DNA of 32,000 nt from assembly GCF_052907605.1 (NCBI RefSeq), contig NZ_CM128582.1. One strand, given 5' to 3'. Within the stretch, counting starts at the first letter, position 1. Every line of letters begins with the position of its first letter. The notes under the pieces were generated by a model. The model had not been told where the DNA came from. It did not search any database and saw only the letters and a list, made by a program, of their open reading frames with translations. Shown here piece by piece: positions 1 through 14,307 of this stretch. The position numbers and the translations under genes are program-made.

Positions 1-1329
1 AGCATGTCCAGGTGCATGAGGTGGTGTGAAGCCATAGCGCTCACCCAGGCGAGCCAGAAACTCTGCAGACGGTTTCTCGGTGATACCGACGGTTCGGTCG
101 CCCTGTACATTAGAGTGACCACGTAGTGGGCAGATACCCGCACCAGGCTTGCCAATGTTACCTTTCATCAACAGCAAATTGACCAGTTGCTGTACGTTCT
201 GGGTACCATGTTCGTGCTGAGTGATCCCCATTCCGTAACAGATAATGGTGCGTTCGGCAGCGGCATATGCATCAGCCAGTTCGGCGATTTGAGTCTGACT
301 TAATCCAGAAATACGTTCGATATCTTTCCACTCGGAATTGAGAACGTCACGGCGTAGCTCGTCAAAGCCGACGGTATGCGTTTGAATAAATTCGTCATCC
401 AGCAATGAGGGCCGACCTGCGGCGCTTGCAGCATCATCGCGCTCAATTAACAGGCGCATCATCCCCTTGAGCAACGCCATATCGCCACCAATGCGCACGT
501 TATAGTAGGCACTAGCCAACTGAGTCTCAGAGTTCGTCAGCATTTCAAACGGGTTTTGCGGTGCGGTAAATCGCTCCAGGCCACGTTCCTGTAGAGGATT
601 GATGGCGATCATTTTCGCTCCCCGTTTCACTAAAGCGCGCAACGAAGTCAGCATGCGGGGGTGGTTTGTACCAGGGTTATGCCCAATGCAAATGACTAAA
701 TCGCACTTCTCAAAGTCTTCCAGCAACACAGTCCCTTTACCCACACCGATACTCGCTGCCAAACCCACACTGGTCGGTTCATGGCACATGTTGGAGCAGT
801 CGGGAAAGTTATTGCTCCCGTATTCACGGGCAAAAAGCTGATAAAGAAAGGCAGCTTCATTGGAAGTGCGGCCCGAAGTATAGAATTCAACCTGATTGGG
901 ATCACTATAGCTTTGAAGGCGTGCGCCAATTTCGTCGAAAGCTTGTTGCCAGCTTAATGGCTTGTAACAGTCGCTGACAGCATCATATTTCAAAGGCTGA
1001 GTGAGACGTCCCGCAGCCTCAAGCTCGTGATCTCCCCAGGTAAGTAATGATTGAACCGTATTCTCAGCAAAGAAAGAGGCATTTACCTGCTTATCCGTGA
1101 CTTCCCAGGCGATTGCTTTTGCGCCGTTTTCACAAATGTCGAATGACGCACTGTGCTTAGGATCTGGCCATGCACAACCCGGACAGTCAAAGCCCTCTGG
1201 CTTATTCATGTCAAACATGGCAATAACATCCTGGCGTATATCCATCTGCTTACGTACTGCATTTGCTACGGATTTAACAGCACCCCAACCACCGGCAGCT
1301 CCCTGGTAGGATTCAATTTTTTTCTTCAT
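1..1329 (-). CDS. ydeP: YdeP-type molybdopterin oxidoreductase, N-terminal 443 codons (3' end runs off the window)
   Basis: The reverse complement from ATG at 1329..1327 reads without stops to position 1: [35 protein letters not shown]...[13 protein letters not shown]...SNMCHEPTS. It is absent from the ORF track only because no stop falls in the window. It matches my recollection of E. coli YdeP and its position next to ydeQ. Confidence 0.85.
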   Translation of the reverse strand, partial: MKKKIESYQGAAGGWGAVKSVANAVRKQMDIRQDVIAMFDMNKPEGFDCPGCAWPDPKHSASFDICENGAKAIAWEVTDKQVNASFFAENTVQSLLTWGDHELEAAGRLTQPLKYDAVSDCYKPLSWQQAFDEIGARLQSYSDPNQVEFYTSGRTSNEAAFLYQLFAREYGSNNFPDCSNMCHEPTSVGLAASIGVGKGTVLLEDFEKCDLVICIGHNPGTNHPRMLTSLRALVKRGAKMIAINPLQERGLERFTAPQNPFEMLTNSETQLASAYYNVRIGGDMALLKGMMRLLIERDDAASAAGRPSLLDDEFIQTHTVGFDELRRDVLNSEWKDIERISGLSQTQIAELADAYAAAERTIICYGMGITQHEHGTQNVQQLVNLLLMKGNIGKPGAGICPLRGHSNVQGDRTVGITEKPSAEFLARLGERYGFTPPHAPGHA

Positions 1330-1572
1330 CTGCTTATCCTGTGTGGAAATGAATTATTAGGATTTGTAATAGCGATGATGCACAGTATATACAAAGGGTT
1401 TATCGTCAACCTGGATATATAAGAGTAGGGGACTACTCTCTTTCTATTTTTACTCTATTATCGTTAAACAATAGATTAAATACGATAAGTTGAGCATCAT
1501 CTCTCATAGTGTTTAAATTAACATGTTTTTCAATATAAAAAATAAGATTCTGGCTTCAATTTTGCGCGGATA

Positions 1573-1590
1573 TTCTTACAGGTGTAGGAT
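1573..1590. promoter_or_regulatory. Candidate EvgA box upstream of ydeP (TTCTTACA-GG-TGTAGGAT)
   Basis: This inverted repeat fits the published EvgA consensus (TTCYTACA, 2-bp spacer, TGTARGAA) and lies about 245 bp upstream of the ydeP ATG. ydeP is a known EvgA target. The box sits between 11-bp perfect inverted repeats at 1562..1572 and 1611..1621. Confidence 0.5.
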
Positions 1591-1662
1591 AATAGCCTTC
1601 ACAAAATAATTATCCGCGCAATTTTCGTGAATGGAGCGCATAGACTAAGGTCAAAATCACAA

Positions 1663-2577
1663 TTATTCATAGATAAAAGTGACACCAATGACTGACTGGA
1701 CGGTTCCGGCTGAAACCTTGTTTCCTGTTTGTCCATAGGTTGCGCTTAAACCCAGAGGTACTTTGCTTTTATTTACTGTCCCCAGGGAGACATTTTCTCC
1801 CGTAGCCAGTATTTTTCCATTACGCATCAGAGAGACACCCACTCCCGATGCTTTTGTTGCATCAGGTGCTGTGTTAGCAAACACTTGTCGGGCACTGTCA
1901 GTGGTGGCACCCGAAAGATAAAATGAGAGCTTTTGTTCGCTTGAGCAATATACGCCAAGGGGTATTTCTGCGCTTCCAGGAAAGTCCGGGAGATTCACGG
2001 TGACATTACGACTATCAACAGTGCAGCCGCCTGTTGGCATAACAACACTGTTATTTGAAATAATATTCCACGTAAAATTACGCGGATTTCCGCTTCCTAA
2101 CGTGGCAATTTTATACATATGAATACGGGCAATAACTTCCCCGGCTTTTATGACAACTCCACCGGCCGCCCCGACTGGGGTAATATAGAGTTTTAACGGT
2201 AATGGCATCGGTGTCTTATCACCAATATCCAATACGTTGGTATTTGTCGTCAACGGGAAGGGGTAGGTCACACTATTCCAGTACAGCGATCCTTTATATG
2301 ACTGTAGGGAGCCTGCGAAAGCTGAGCCTTGTACCAGGTTTATATGATCAGTGTCGTACCAGCCGCCGTAATCATTCCAGCAACTTATATGCTGAGACAA
2401 GTCTACAACCAGATTCTGGCCCGGCTGTATTACAGGGTCGAGATTAACATAAACAGAGGTTGTACCTGCTCCAATACTTGACCCGCCATCGACATTACAA
2501 CTGAAGGCAAAAACTTTGCCTGCCATTAATAGAAGATAAATACCGAACAGGACCTTTATACTGATTGTTTTACCCAT
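1663..2577 (-). CDS. ydeQ: FimH-like fimbrial tip adhesin
   Basis: 304-aa ORF with a signal peptide. It aligns by eye with FimH along its length (FSCNVDGG.., [61 protein letters not shown]). Confidence 0.9.
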   Translation of the reverse strand: MGKTISIKVLFGIYLLLMAGKVFAFSCNVDGGSSIGAGTTSVYVNLDPVIQPGQNLVVDLSQHISCWNDYGGWYDTDHINLVQGSAFAGSLQSYKGSLYWNSVTYPFPLTTNTNVLDIGDKTPMPLPLKLYITPVGAAGGVVIKAGEVIARIHMYKIATLGSGNPRNFTWNIISNNSVVMPTGGCTVDSRNVTVNLPDFPGSAEIPLGVYCSSEQKLSFYLSGATTDSARQVFANTAPDATKASGVGVSLMRNGKILATGENVSLGTVNKSKVPLGLSATYGQTGNKVSAGTVQSVIGVTFIYE

Positions 2578-2635
2578 GATATATCCTAAGGTTAAAAATT
2601 GATTTAAAAAGAAGGCTAAGAAAATCGAATCGACG

Positions 2636-3139
2636 TTATTGCCAGGTGTAGATCACATTGATTAGCGCCTCGATCGTTCCCTGGCTTGCGTTTCCATTCA
2701 CCGTGATAGCTCTTGCCTTAAGTGGAAACTGTGCATTACGAGTGATCTCATCAACAATAACCGTTTTGCTATCGCCATTTTTTAACGCAGCATCCTGGTC
2801 ATCCCTCAGCTCTATCTGAATATTTTCGGCAGTACCTTCATTTTTGTAATAACCCGTATTGTCAGTTGAATCTGTCACGATTGCCGTCACTGCACTTGTT
2901 TCAACCGGACAATCGGTTAATGACAAAGTAATATTGTGCCAGCCAGATGCAGAACCAGGTTGTTGCAGATTGCGCGTATAAAGATCCCCGAGATTAACGT
3001 TAGCTTCTTTGGTTTGAATAGTGCAGGGTTTAGCGACTACCCGACCATTAACAGTGATAGTGACATCGGCGGCCTGGAGAGTTGCTGTGAATAACGCGCA
3101 AAACGTAGCTAACAGGAACCTCTTGTGAAGTCTTTTCAT
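2636..3139 (-). CDS. ydeR: FimG-like minor fimbrial subunit
   Basis: 167-aa ORF with a signal peptide (..TLQA/ADV), the conserved Cys pair of type 1 pilins and a C-terminal beta-strand motif (LINVIYTWQ). K-12 synteny. Confidence 0.85.
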   Translation of the reverse strand: MKRLHKRFLLATFCALFTATLQAADVTITVNGRVVAKPCTIQTKEANVNLGDLYTRNLQQPGSASGWHNITLSLTDCPVETSAVTAIVTDSTDNTGYYKNEGTAENIQIELRDDQDAALKNGDSKTVIVDEITRNAQFPLKARAITVNGNASQGTIEALINVIYTWQ

Positions 3140-3151
3140 ATCTGACTCTGA

Positions 3152-3682
3152 TTATTGAAATTCAAGGGTAAAGGTTGCCGAAGCCCTCACCAGTCCCGGA
3201 TTGACGGACTTCTGAGTTGACTTCAGACGAGCGGAGTAAGGCAAAATATTGTTCTGTTCTGGTACCAGTGGGATCCACTGCATCCCGGCATGAAGATCAT
3301 TCAGTTTCACCGGACGCATATTTGCGTCCAATATTTCTATACCCAAACCGGAGGCCGTATTGCTTCCTTCATCCAGTTTCAACAAAGTATTATTTTCTGC
3401 ATCCTCAATACCGTTAAATGCAACCCGAACCCCCGTTGTCCCTTTGCTGCATTCACTTAACGTAATCTGAAAAGGGACGGCTGGACTTGTGCTACCGGTC
3501 GTTGGAAATTGTCTGGCACTGTTTTTTTGGAGATCTACGGTAAAATTAAGCGAATCCGATGAGACTGTGCAGCCATAATCGAGGACGCGCCCGCTAATTT
3601 TAATAACGCTATCTGCGGATAAAGCAGAATAGGTGGTTAACCCCAGACATAAACCGAGGAAAATAATGTTATTGTATTTCAT
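3152..3682 (-). CDS. ydeS: FimF-like minor fimbrial subunit
   Basis: 176-aa ORF with a signal peptide, the pilin Cys pair and a C-terminal ATFTLEFQ strand. K-12 synteny. Confidence 0.85.
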   Translation of the reverse strand: MKYNNIIFLGLCLGLTTYSALSADSVIKISGRVLDYGCTVSSDSLNFTVDLQKNSARQFPTTGSTSPAVPFQITLSECSKGTTGVRVAFNGIEDAENNTLLKLDEGSNTASGLGIEILDANMRPVKLNDLHAGMQWIPLVPEQNNILPYSARLKSTQKSVNPGLVRASATFTLEFQ

Positions 3683-3695
3683 AATCTATTGTTCC

Positions 3696-4920
3696 TTAGC
3701 GACAGATTGCTGTCTGCTGGTTCAGTAAGGTACCAGGAGAAACTTCAGGAAGCTTGTACTCGACAATACAGTTTGAGTTTTTATCTTTGCCCCATGAAAC
3801 CTGTAATTTCCCTGACTGTGGAAGTCCAGTCAGATAAACCTGACCGTTTTCCGCGACAATGCTGCCATTTTTATTCTCTCCGTGTGTGACAATTGCACCG
3901 AATGGAACGCTTTTATTACCGTACTTCAACGTCATTAATACTTTCCCGCCGATTTGTGCATTAAATGTTGCTCTGGCAATAGCACCGTGAGTTGGGATGA
4001 CAGTGACTACGGTTTCATCCAGTTCAACATTATCTGCAAGGGAATTCGCGTTAAGAGCGACACGATTTTCTCTATATTCTGTCGCAAATGGTAATATTGC
4101 ATAGCCACGCCAGTCGGTATGAATTCCGGTCTGGTTCTCTATTTTGACATTATCAGCGCCAGGAGCCTTAACTAGAACCATTGTGTCGCCCAGCGGCTGT
4201 CCAAAGGTGATGCCATCAGCATGAGCAATAATCCCACCACTCATTCCGTAATAAATCTGGCTGCTGTCACCACTCCGACTGTAACCGACATTCGTATTAC
4301 CGTAAGCTCCACGATAATTAAGAGAACTGTAACCACTGGTGCCAGACGATGTATTACCCCCTTGGGTGTTACCGACCTGAACGCTATAATTCAGGTTATT
4401 ATCCGGCAGCAGAGTGCCATAAACCCCCGATAGATTGGTCATGCCGCCTTTCAAATCGTTTGACATACTGTAACTGGCATTTGAATTACGAAATGCCGAC
4501 TGACTGTCTGTACGCATCCAATGACTAAAGGGAACATTAAGCGTAAAAGCGAGTAAATGATCCCGATCGTTTTGCCATATATTATTGGAATAGCTGTAAT
4601 TCAGCGAAGTCGTAATATCACCAAACGGCACATTTAATCCAAATGATATTTGCTGGTCGCTGCGTGACGTGTTCCAGTAACTTTGGCGACTGGCACTGAA
4701 AAATGTCGTACCGTAATTTCCAAGCTGCTGAGAGATGCTTATTTGTTCCTGACCACGCTTACTGTAGAACAGATTAAAATAATCAATAAATTGTGTCTGC
4801 TCATTGCTGTCTCCGGTAGGAGGCTTGACGGTGTAACCACTCATTCGACTGTATGCACTGTCGGATAAGTTATAAAAACCTTGCGTAGAATAGCGATATC
4901 CTGCGACCTGGATATTGGTT
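3696..4920 (-). pseudogene. ydeT: C-terminal remnant of a FimD-like outer-membrane usher (N-terminal half missing)
   Basis: The 382-aa ORF plus about 25 in-frame upstream codons (TNIQVAGYRYSTQGFYNLSDSAYSR-MSGY..) resemble only the middle and C-terminal parts of chaperone-usher ushers. Homology stops abruptly near 4920, and an in-frame stop lies at 4932..4934. No chaperone or major subunit gene follows. Confidence 0.8.
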
Positions 4921-5096
4921 CCACAACAAGTTTATTGCTGCACTTGTTGAAGAGAGTATTTGCAAAAACATTTTATGTCGCTAAATAACATGACGATTTC
5001 ATTATGCATGTTATTTATAAACCGTGACTAAACAGAATATTATTGCGAACAAGGGAAGTGTCAGGAAAGGTCAAGAGCTACCAATGGTTAATATGG

Positions 5097-5379
5097 CTAT
5101 AAATCATTAGCTATGGTTAATGTTTGCTTGCTGAAACTAACACCGAATTGCTCTAAACAGATAAGTGCAGGGTTTATTAAAGCTGTCCGACAGACTTTCT
5201 TAACCTGGTAATATCTCTCTTGGGTGACTCTCCAAACATCCGCGAATATTCCCGACTGAAATGGGATAGCTTTCGTAACCGACAGCATAGGCTGCTGTGG
5301 TGACATCGTAATGTTCATTCAGCATCGGTCGCCTGACTTCATTGAGACGTAGCCATTTCTGATACCGGAGTGGACTCAT
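5097..5379 (-). pseudogene. yneL: Frameshifted C-terminal fragment of an AraC-family regulator
   Basis: ATG at 5379 gives MSPLRYQKWLRLNEVRRPMLNEHYDVTTAAYAVGYES.., a typical second HTH of AraC/XylS proteins. The expected FSR.F....G..P..Y motif continues in another frame (the 5097..5318 ORF: ..FQSGIFADVWRVTQERYYQ..). There is no N-terminal domain. Confidence 0.55.
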
Positions 5380-5592
5380 TCCCGCTTGATCCGTCCTTAA
5401 ATAAGTAACAGCACCCTCTGGTGTTTTCGTATGCAGTGTCTATGCGACAGACACTGCGCTCTTAGCATGGGGCAGGGAATAACCAGGCTATTTCTCCATG
5501 CACAGGCCAATTATGAAAGAGGAGAGGCTTAAGTTCTTGAACCCTGAACGAATAACGACTACCAGAAAAGCACTTCGCATCACTCAGATGCG

Positions 5593-5620
5593 ATTTAACA
5601 TAATATACATTATGCGCACT
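5593..5620 (-). other. dif: dif, the XerCD chromosome-dimer resolution site (left prophage junction, functional-looking core)
   Basis: The plus strand reads ATTTAACATAA-TATACA-TTATGCGCACT. This is the reverse complement of AGTGCGCATAA TGTATA TTATGTTAAAT and matches the canonical 28-bp E. coli dif (GGTGCGCATAATGTATATTATGTTAAAT) at 27 of 28 positions. Only the outermost XerC-arm base differs. Confidence 0.9.
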
Positions 5621-5673
5621 GACGTTGTGGTGGGTAAACTGAGATGCCGCGTCCTGATAATCCCGGTAGGCAC

Positions 5674-6891
<1,218 letters not shown>

Positions 6892-6920
6892 TTAAGTGCT
6901 GTTTTTCAGTCATGAAGATA

Positions 6921-7046
<126 letters not shown>

Positions 7047-7115
7047 AGGTGCAGTCCATGAAAACAAAGCGCGGATTAAGCTGCGGTGCACACTACAGGG
7101 GAGCACGCTGTCAGT

Positions 7116-7329
<214 letters not shown>

Positions 7330-7434
7330 GCAACTGAAGCATTCTGCCTCTCTGTTCATCCGTCAGACCTGTCAGTCCGGCAGGCAGGTGCAGTCCATGG
7401 AAACAAAGCGCGGATTAAGCTGCGGTGCACACTA

Positions 7435-7478
<44 letters not shown>

Positions 7479-7479
7479 C

Positions 7480-7655
<176 letters not shown>

Positions 7656-7668
7656 AGTGTCCTCTGTC

Positions 7669-8880
<1,212 letters not shown>

Positions 8881-8882
8881 GA

Positions 8883-9239
8883 TTACCCCTTAAAAATAAC
8901 GCGATCAAACAGCATTTTAATTATTTTGTTTTTGTGCTGATAAGCATAAGCAGAAAACTCAGTGGCAAACACAATATTAACGCAGCGACTAATGTTGTCA
9001 GGTAAATAGCTAAAGCCCGTCCTGAGATAATCGTTAACAACACCAGAAGAAGAAACCAAATCAATAACCTCATTAGAAGACCGGATAAGCGTAACAAAAA
9101 GCCCCACCGAAAAAGTCACATAAGATAAAACCCTGAAATTATCTGAAACCCATGGAAGCAACTTCCCCAAAAAAGGCAAAAAACGCTTAAATGTCGCAAT
9201 GAAAAAAGCAACAAAGAACTGGATAAGCAAAGTAAACAA
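8883..9239 (-). CDS. pVI-like minor coat / membrane protein (assigned by position, size and hydrophobicity)
   Basis: 118 aa and very hydrophobic. It sits between the gIII-like and gI genes as in Ff. TTG start preceded by GGGGG. No motif-level confirmation is possible by eye. Confidence 0.55.
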   Translation of the reverse strand: MFTLLIQFFVAFFIATFKRFLPFLGKLLPWVSDNFRVLSYVTFSVGLFVTLIRSSNEVIDLVSSSGVVNDYLRTGFSYLPDNISRCVNIVFATEFSAYAYQHKNKIIKMLFDRVIFKG

Positions 9240-9241
9240 TG

Positions 9242-10636
9242 TTACCCCCTGTCAACAAAAAGAACACGACGAACAATAAAGTAACAACGTAAAGTCGTTA
9301 ATGCATAAAGAGCATACTCCAGTAAAGGTCTGATAATGTCATCATAAGCTGAAGCAAAATCAGATGTGTCAATTGTAAAATACAGCCCATTTATCCCCGG
9401 CAATGGAAATTCAATCTGAACTGGCTGAGCACCAGAACGACGCAGTTCACCAGTTAAAAGTAATTTATCAAAATTAATATAAAGCCACTCATCAGGAAGA
9501 AGACTGAAAAGCCTGTCAGCAAATGAAGACATATCATCCTGTTCAGGCGTTACAGAATGAATTAATTCATTTAACTGTGAATCATAAGAACTAACCGCAC
9601 TGGTAATATCATCCTGAGAAACAGAAAAAGTATTATTTAAATCATTCACTGAACCCCATATTGTTTTTAACCAGCCCAAAATACCATCAAGCCAGCCATT
9701 GTCATCGCCGGATGAGCCACCGGAGCCTGAACCTGAACTACCGCTACCGGATGAACCACCGGAGCCAGAACCTGAACCACCACTGCCGGATGAGCCGCCG
9801 GAACCCGAGCCGGAGCCACCGCTACCGGATGAACCACCGGAGCCAGAACCTGAACCACCACTGCCGGATGAGCCGCCAGAACCCGAGCCGGAGCCACCGC
9901 TACCGGATGAACCACCGGAGCCAGAACCTGAACCACCACTGCCGGATGAACCGCCAGAGCCTGTCGTATTATCGCAATTGTCGTCGTCACAACCAGAGCC
10001 ACTCCCTGTATTGCCGTCAGGATTTTTATTGGCGGCAGCCACGCCAACAGAACGCATACTTTGAGCGATACAATTCCCGTCGTCATCACACTCGTTAAAA
10101 TCAATCAAATAACGACAGCCATTAATTTCCAGGGACTGAGATTCCTGCCCGTTACCCGTATCAACCCAGACAACATCACCAAGAGAATATGAAAAGTCCT
10201 TAATTACCGGACGGGAAAGACAATTTTCTTCGGTAACCGGCTTATTATATTCAGGTGTCAAATCCCCCTCACCACCCTGAAAAGCAAGGGTGCAGGCTGT
10301 CCACTTTTGCTTGTCTGAATCCCAGACTTTATATGCTGACCACCGGGCACGGACAAAAGACCCGACAGTCGAAGGTGCATTAACAGGCGTGGAAAGTGGC
10401 ACACCACAATAATGAATTATTCCGGAACATGCGTCATAATTGCCCGAACCACAGAAAAGATGACCGGCCGCCCTGGCTAATTTAATCGACGTCCCCGCGT
10501 CCGAATAATCTGTCCTGCAGGATGAATGGCCTGCACACTGAACAAGTGCATCCGGATTTTCTTTCTCTTCAGCGAAAGAAAACGAGGAAAAGAACAAAAA
10601 CAGAAGCGGAATAATAAAGTGAATCAAAAAAAACAC
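9242..10636 (-). CDS. pIII-like adsorption (receptor-binding) protein with a long Gly/Ser linker
   Basis: 464 aa with an N-terminal signal peptide (..SFSFA/EEK), a Cys-rich N-terminal domain, about 6.5 copies of GSGGSSGSGGSGS and a C-terminal hydrophobic anchor. It follows the major coat gene and terminator as gIII does in Ff. The true start may be the TTG at 10627, because AGGAG directly abuts the GTG at 10636. Confidence 0.75.
   Translation of the reverse strand: MFFLIHFIIPLLFLFFSSFSFAEEKENPDALVQCAGHSSCRTDYSDAGTSIKLARAAGHLFCGSGNYDACSGIIHYCGVPLSTPVNAPSTVGSFVRARWSAYKVWDSDKQKWTACTLAFQGGEGDLTPEYNKPVTEENCLSRPVIKDFSYSLGDVVWVDTGNGQESQSLEINGCRYLIDFNECDDDGNCIAQSMRSVGVAAANKNPDGNTGSGSGCDDDNCDNTTGSGGSSGSGGSGSGSGGSSGSGGSGSGSGGSSGSGGSGSGSGGSSGSGGSGSGSGGSSGSGGSGSGSGGSSGSGSSGSGSGGSSGDDNGWLDGILGWLKTIWGSVNDLNNTFSVSQDDITSAVSSYDSQLNELIHSVTPEQDDMSSFADRLFSLLPDEWLYINFDKLLLTGELRRSGAQPVQIEFPLPGINGLYFTIDTSDFASAYDDIIRPLLEYALYALTTLRCYFIVRRVLFVDRG
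9707..9963. repeat. In-frame coding tandem repeat (39-bp unit, 78-bp DNA period) encoding the (GSGGSSGSGGSGS)n linker
   Basis: Two synonymous versions of the 39-mer alternate: ccggatgaaccaccggagccagaacctgaaccaccactg and ccggatgagccgccggaacccgagccggagccaccgcta. Confidence 0.9.
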
Positions 10637-10649
10637 TCCTGGTATGATT

Positions 10650-10672
10650 AAAAAAGCGCCCCGGAGGGCGCT
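10650..10672 (-). terminator. Rho-independent terminator immediately after the major coat gene
   Basis: The minus strand reads AGCGCCC-TCCG-GGGCGCT followed by TTTTTT. It lies between the coat stop (10688) and the gIII-like start, the position of the strong post-gVIII terminator in Ff phages. Confidence 0.7.
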
Positions 10673-10687
10673 GTCGTTAAATAACTA

Positions 10688-10948
<261 letters not shown>

Positions 10949-10954
10949 TTAAAA

Positions 10955-11125
10955 TTAATTAACAGCATCACTGAACATCCGGCAGACCAGAGTGAAAATA
11001 ACACCAAGACCAAAGCCAAGAAGCCAGCAGACAATCCAGACATAAAGAACGGACCAGTAAAGCTCCCCGTCCTGTACGCCAGAATTCAGTGCGGATAAAA
11101 CACCGCTGAAATCAAATTCAGTCAT
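10955..11125 (-). CDS. Small hydrophobic protein (pVII/pIX-position minor coat candidate)
   Basis: 56 aa from the ATG at 11125 (MTEFDFSG...VWIVCWLLGFGLGVIFTLV..). It overlaps the preceding stop by 8 nt (ATGACTGA), consistent with translational coupling. The track's longer 67-aa version is less likely. Confidence 0.5.
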   Translation of the reverse strand: MTEFDFSGVLSALNSGVQDGELYWSVLYVWIVCWLLGFGLGVIFTLVCRMFSDAVN

Positions 11126-11258
11126 AATAACGCTGAACAGTAATGCTTTGTGAGTCACAGGCGCGAATCAGTTTTATTCCGATGCCAAAACCTGAAGAAA
11201 ATAAAATCATTGCAGGCGCAGCAAATAAAACAAAGTTCAGAAAATCAGCGTCAGACAT
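11118..11258 (-). CDS. Small hydrophobic protein (pVII/pIX-position minor coat candidate)
   Basis: 46 aa from the ATG at 11258 (MSDADFLNFVLFAAPAMILFSSGFGIGIKLI..), starting 5 nt after the upstream gene's stop. One TM segment. Confidence 0.45.
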   Translation of the reverse strand: MSDADFLNFVLFAAPAMILFSSGFGIGIKLIRACDSQSITVQRYYD

Positions 11259-11262
11259 ATCA

Positions 11263-11688
11263 TCAGCCTTTTTCTTTACCTGCGGGCAGTGCACCCAGCG
11301 GCTGACCGTCAAAACGTTTCATGGAGCCGGAAATAAAACGATACCAGACACCATGACGTTCTGAGCCTGTCGACCATGAGTTAACATCCACCGTGAGATA
11401 AACAGGTTTGCCCTGCAAATCAGGACAGGAATTAAAAAATTTAAAATCCTCCTCAGTACAGGAAAAGCGCTCATGCTCCTCACGGCGGACTTTTAATTTT
11501 CGATCCTCATACGGATAGGCAATAACAATGGCATATTTGGGTTTAGCCTCAGGGTTATAATGAGTACCGCCGGGTTTTAACTCCTCATCATTTATGACAG
11601 TGGCGTGAATAAAATATCCCGCCATTGTCATGCCTGAGGTAAAACCCTCAGGGGAAGGAAACGGAAAACTGTCGTAAATTTGATTCAT
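11263..11688 (-). CDS. gV-position protein (putative ssDNA-binding / replication-switch protein, assigned by synteny only)
   Basis: 141-aa ORF with a GAGGAG SD, directly downstream of Rep and upstream of the coat module. I recognise no motif. Confidence 0.55.
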   Translation of the reverse strand: MNQIYDSFPFPSPEGFTSGMTMAGYFIHATVINDEELKPGGTHYNPEAKPKYAIVIAYPYEDRKLKVRREEHERFSCTEEDFKFFNSCPDLQGKPVYLTVDVNSWSTGSERHGVWYRFISGSMKRFDGQPLGALPAGKEKG

Positions 11689-11718
11689 AAATCAGACTCC
11701 TCAATGTTAAAAATTCAG

Positions 11719-13833
<2,115 letters not shown>

Positions 13834-13866
13834 TTAAACTAAGCCAAAAGAACGGGAGAACAAAAA

Positions 13867-14055
13867 ATGAGCAGGAAAAGTATTGGTATAAGCAACGAGA
13901 GATATCTGAGAATAGAAAGAGCAGCCGTAGATATCACAGCCAAAACAGGAAAAGTCACAAAATGGTCGGAGATCGTGAATTATCTGATAGATGAATATTT
14001 AAACGATGCAAAACAAGATATGATTTCGAAAAATGAAATTACACAAAAAAAATAG
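13867..14055 (+). CDS. Small ribbon-helix-helix-like DNA-binding protein (candidate phage repressor), divergent from Rep
   Basis: 62 aa with a GGGAGA SD 7 nt upstream. The predicted pattern is beta strand (KSIGIS), helix (NERYLRIERAAVDIT), helix (WSEIVNYLIDEYL), typical of Arc/CopG-type proteins. The fold assignment is by eye only. Confidence 0.6.
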   Translation: MSRKSIGISNERYLRIERAAVDITAKTGKVTKWSEIVNYLIDEYLNDAKQDMISKNEITQKK

Positions 14056-14146
14056 TAATCACAAAACGATTTGGCGATTGCTAGAAGAGCAAAAAGTACC
14101 ACCCGTGGTACAAAAGTGCAGTATTACATGATTGCTAAAAAGCAAT

Positions 14147-14302
14147 ATGCAGACAACCAGTGACTTAATTCTTGACCTGCTGATAAAGCATTTTGTTGTT
14201 GGCAGCATCACAGGCATGACAATATTCAGCCTGATAACGCTTGTCCTACCGTTGGTGATGACCATACACAACAAACTAAGTAAGGACACTGAAATCCTTT
14301 AA
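14147..14302 (+). CDS. Candidate 51-aa single-pass membrane protein (below the ORF-track size cutoff)
   Basis: MQTTSDLILDLLIKHFVVGSITGMTIFSLITLVLPLVMTIHNKLSKDTEIL, with one clear TM segment and a charged tail. It is co-oriented with the regulator and ends 5 nt before the attP hairpin. There is no convincing SD. Confidence 0.3.
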   Translation: MQTTSDLILDLLIKHFVVGSITGMTIFSLITLVLPLVMTIHNKLSKDTEIL

Positions 14303-14307
14303 GGTTC

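Noticed and set aside
599-1422. Short ORFs (70-89 aa) within or overlapping the ydeP coding region.
   Set aside because: They are out of frame or antisense to the uninterrupted YdeP reading frame, which runs from 1329 to the window edge.
9661-10104. Three long ORFs over the same interval: 9699..10064 (+) encoding PEPEPE/PLPDEPPE repeats, 9661..10098 (+) and 9667..10104 (-).
   Set aside because: They are alternative-frame or antisense readings of the Gly/Ser-linker repeat of the gIII-like gene. Low-complexity repeats stay open in several frames. They have no independent start signals.
14096-14111. GTACCAC-CC-GTGGTAC downstream of the regulator as a transcription terminator.
   Set aside because: A 2-nt loop is sterically implausible and no T-run follows. 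If it is functional, it is more likely a protein-binding palindrome.
14059-14289. 76-aa minus-strand ORF between the regulator and attP.
   Set aside because: It has a Cys-rich, improbable composition and no SD, and it is antisense to the more plausible 51-aa plus-strand membrane ORF.
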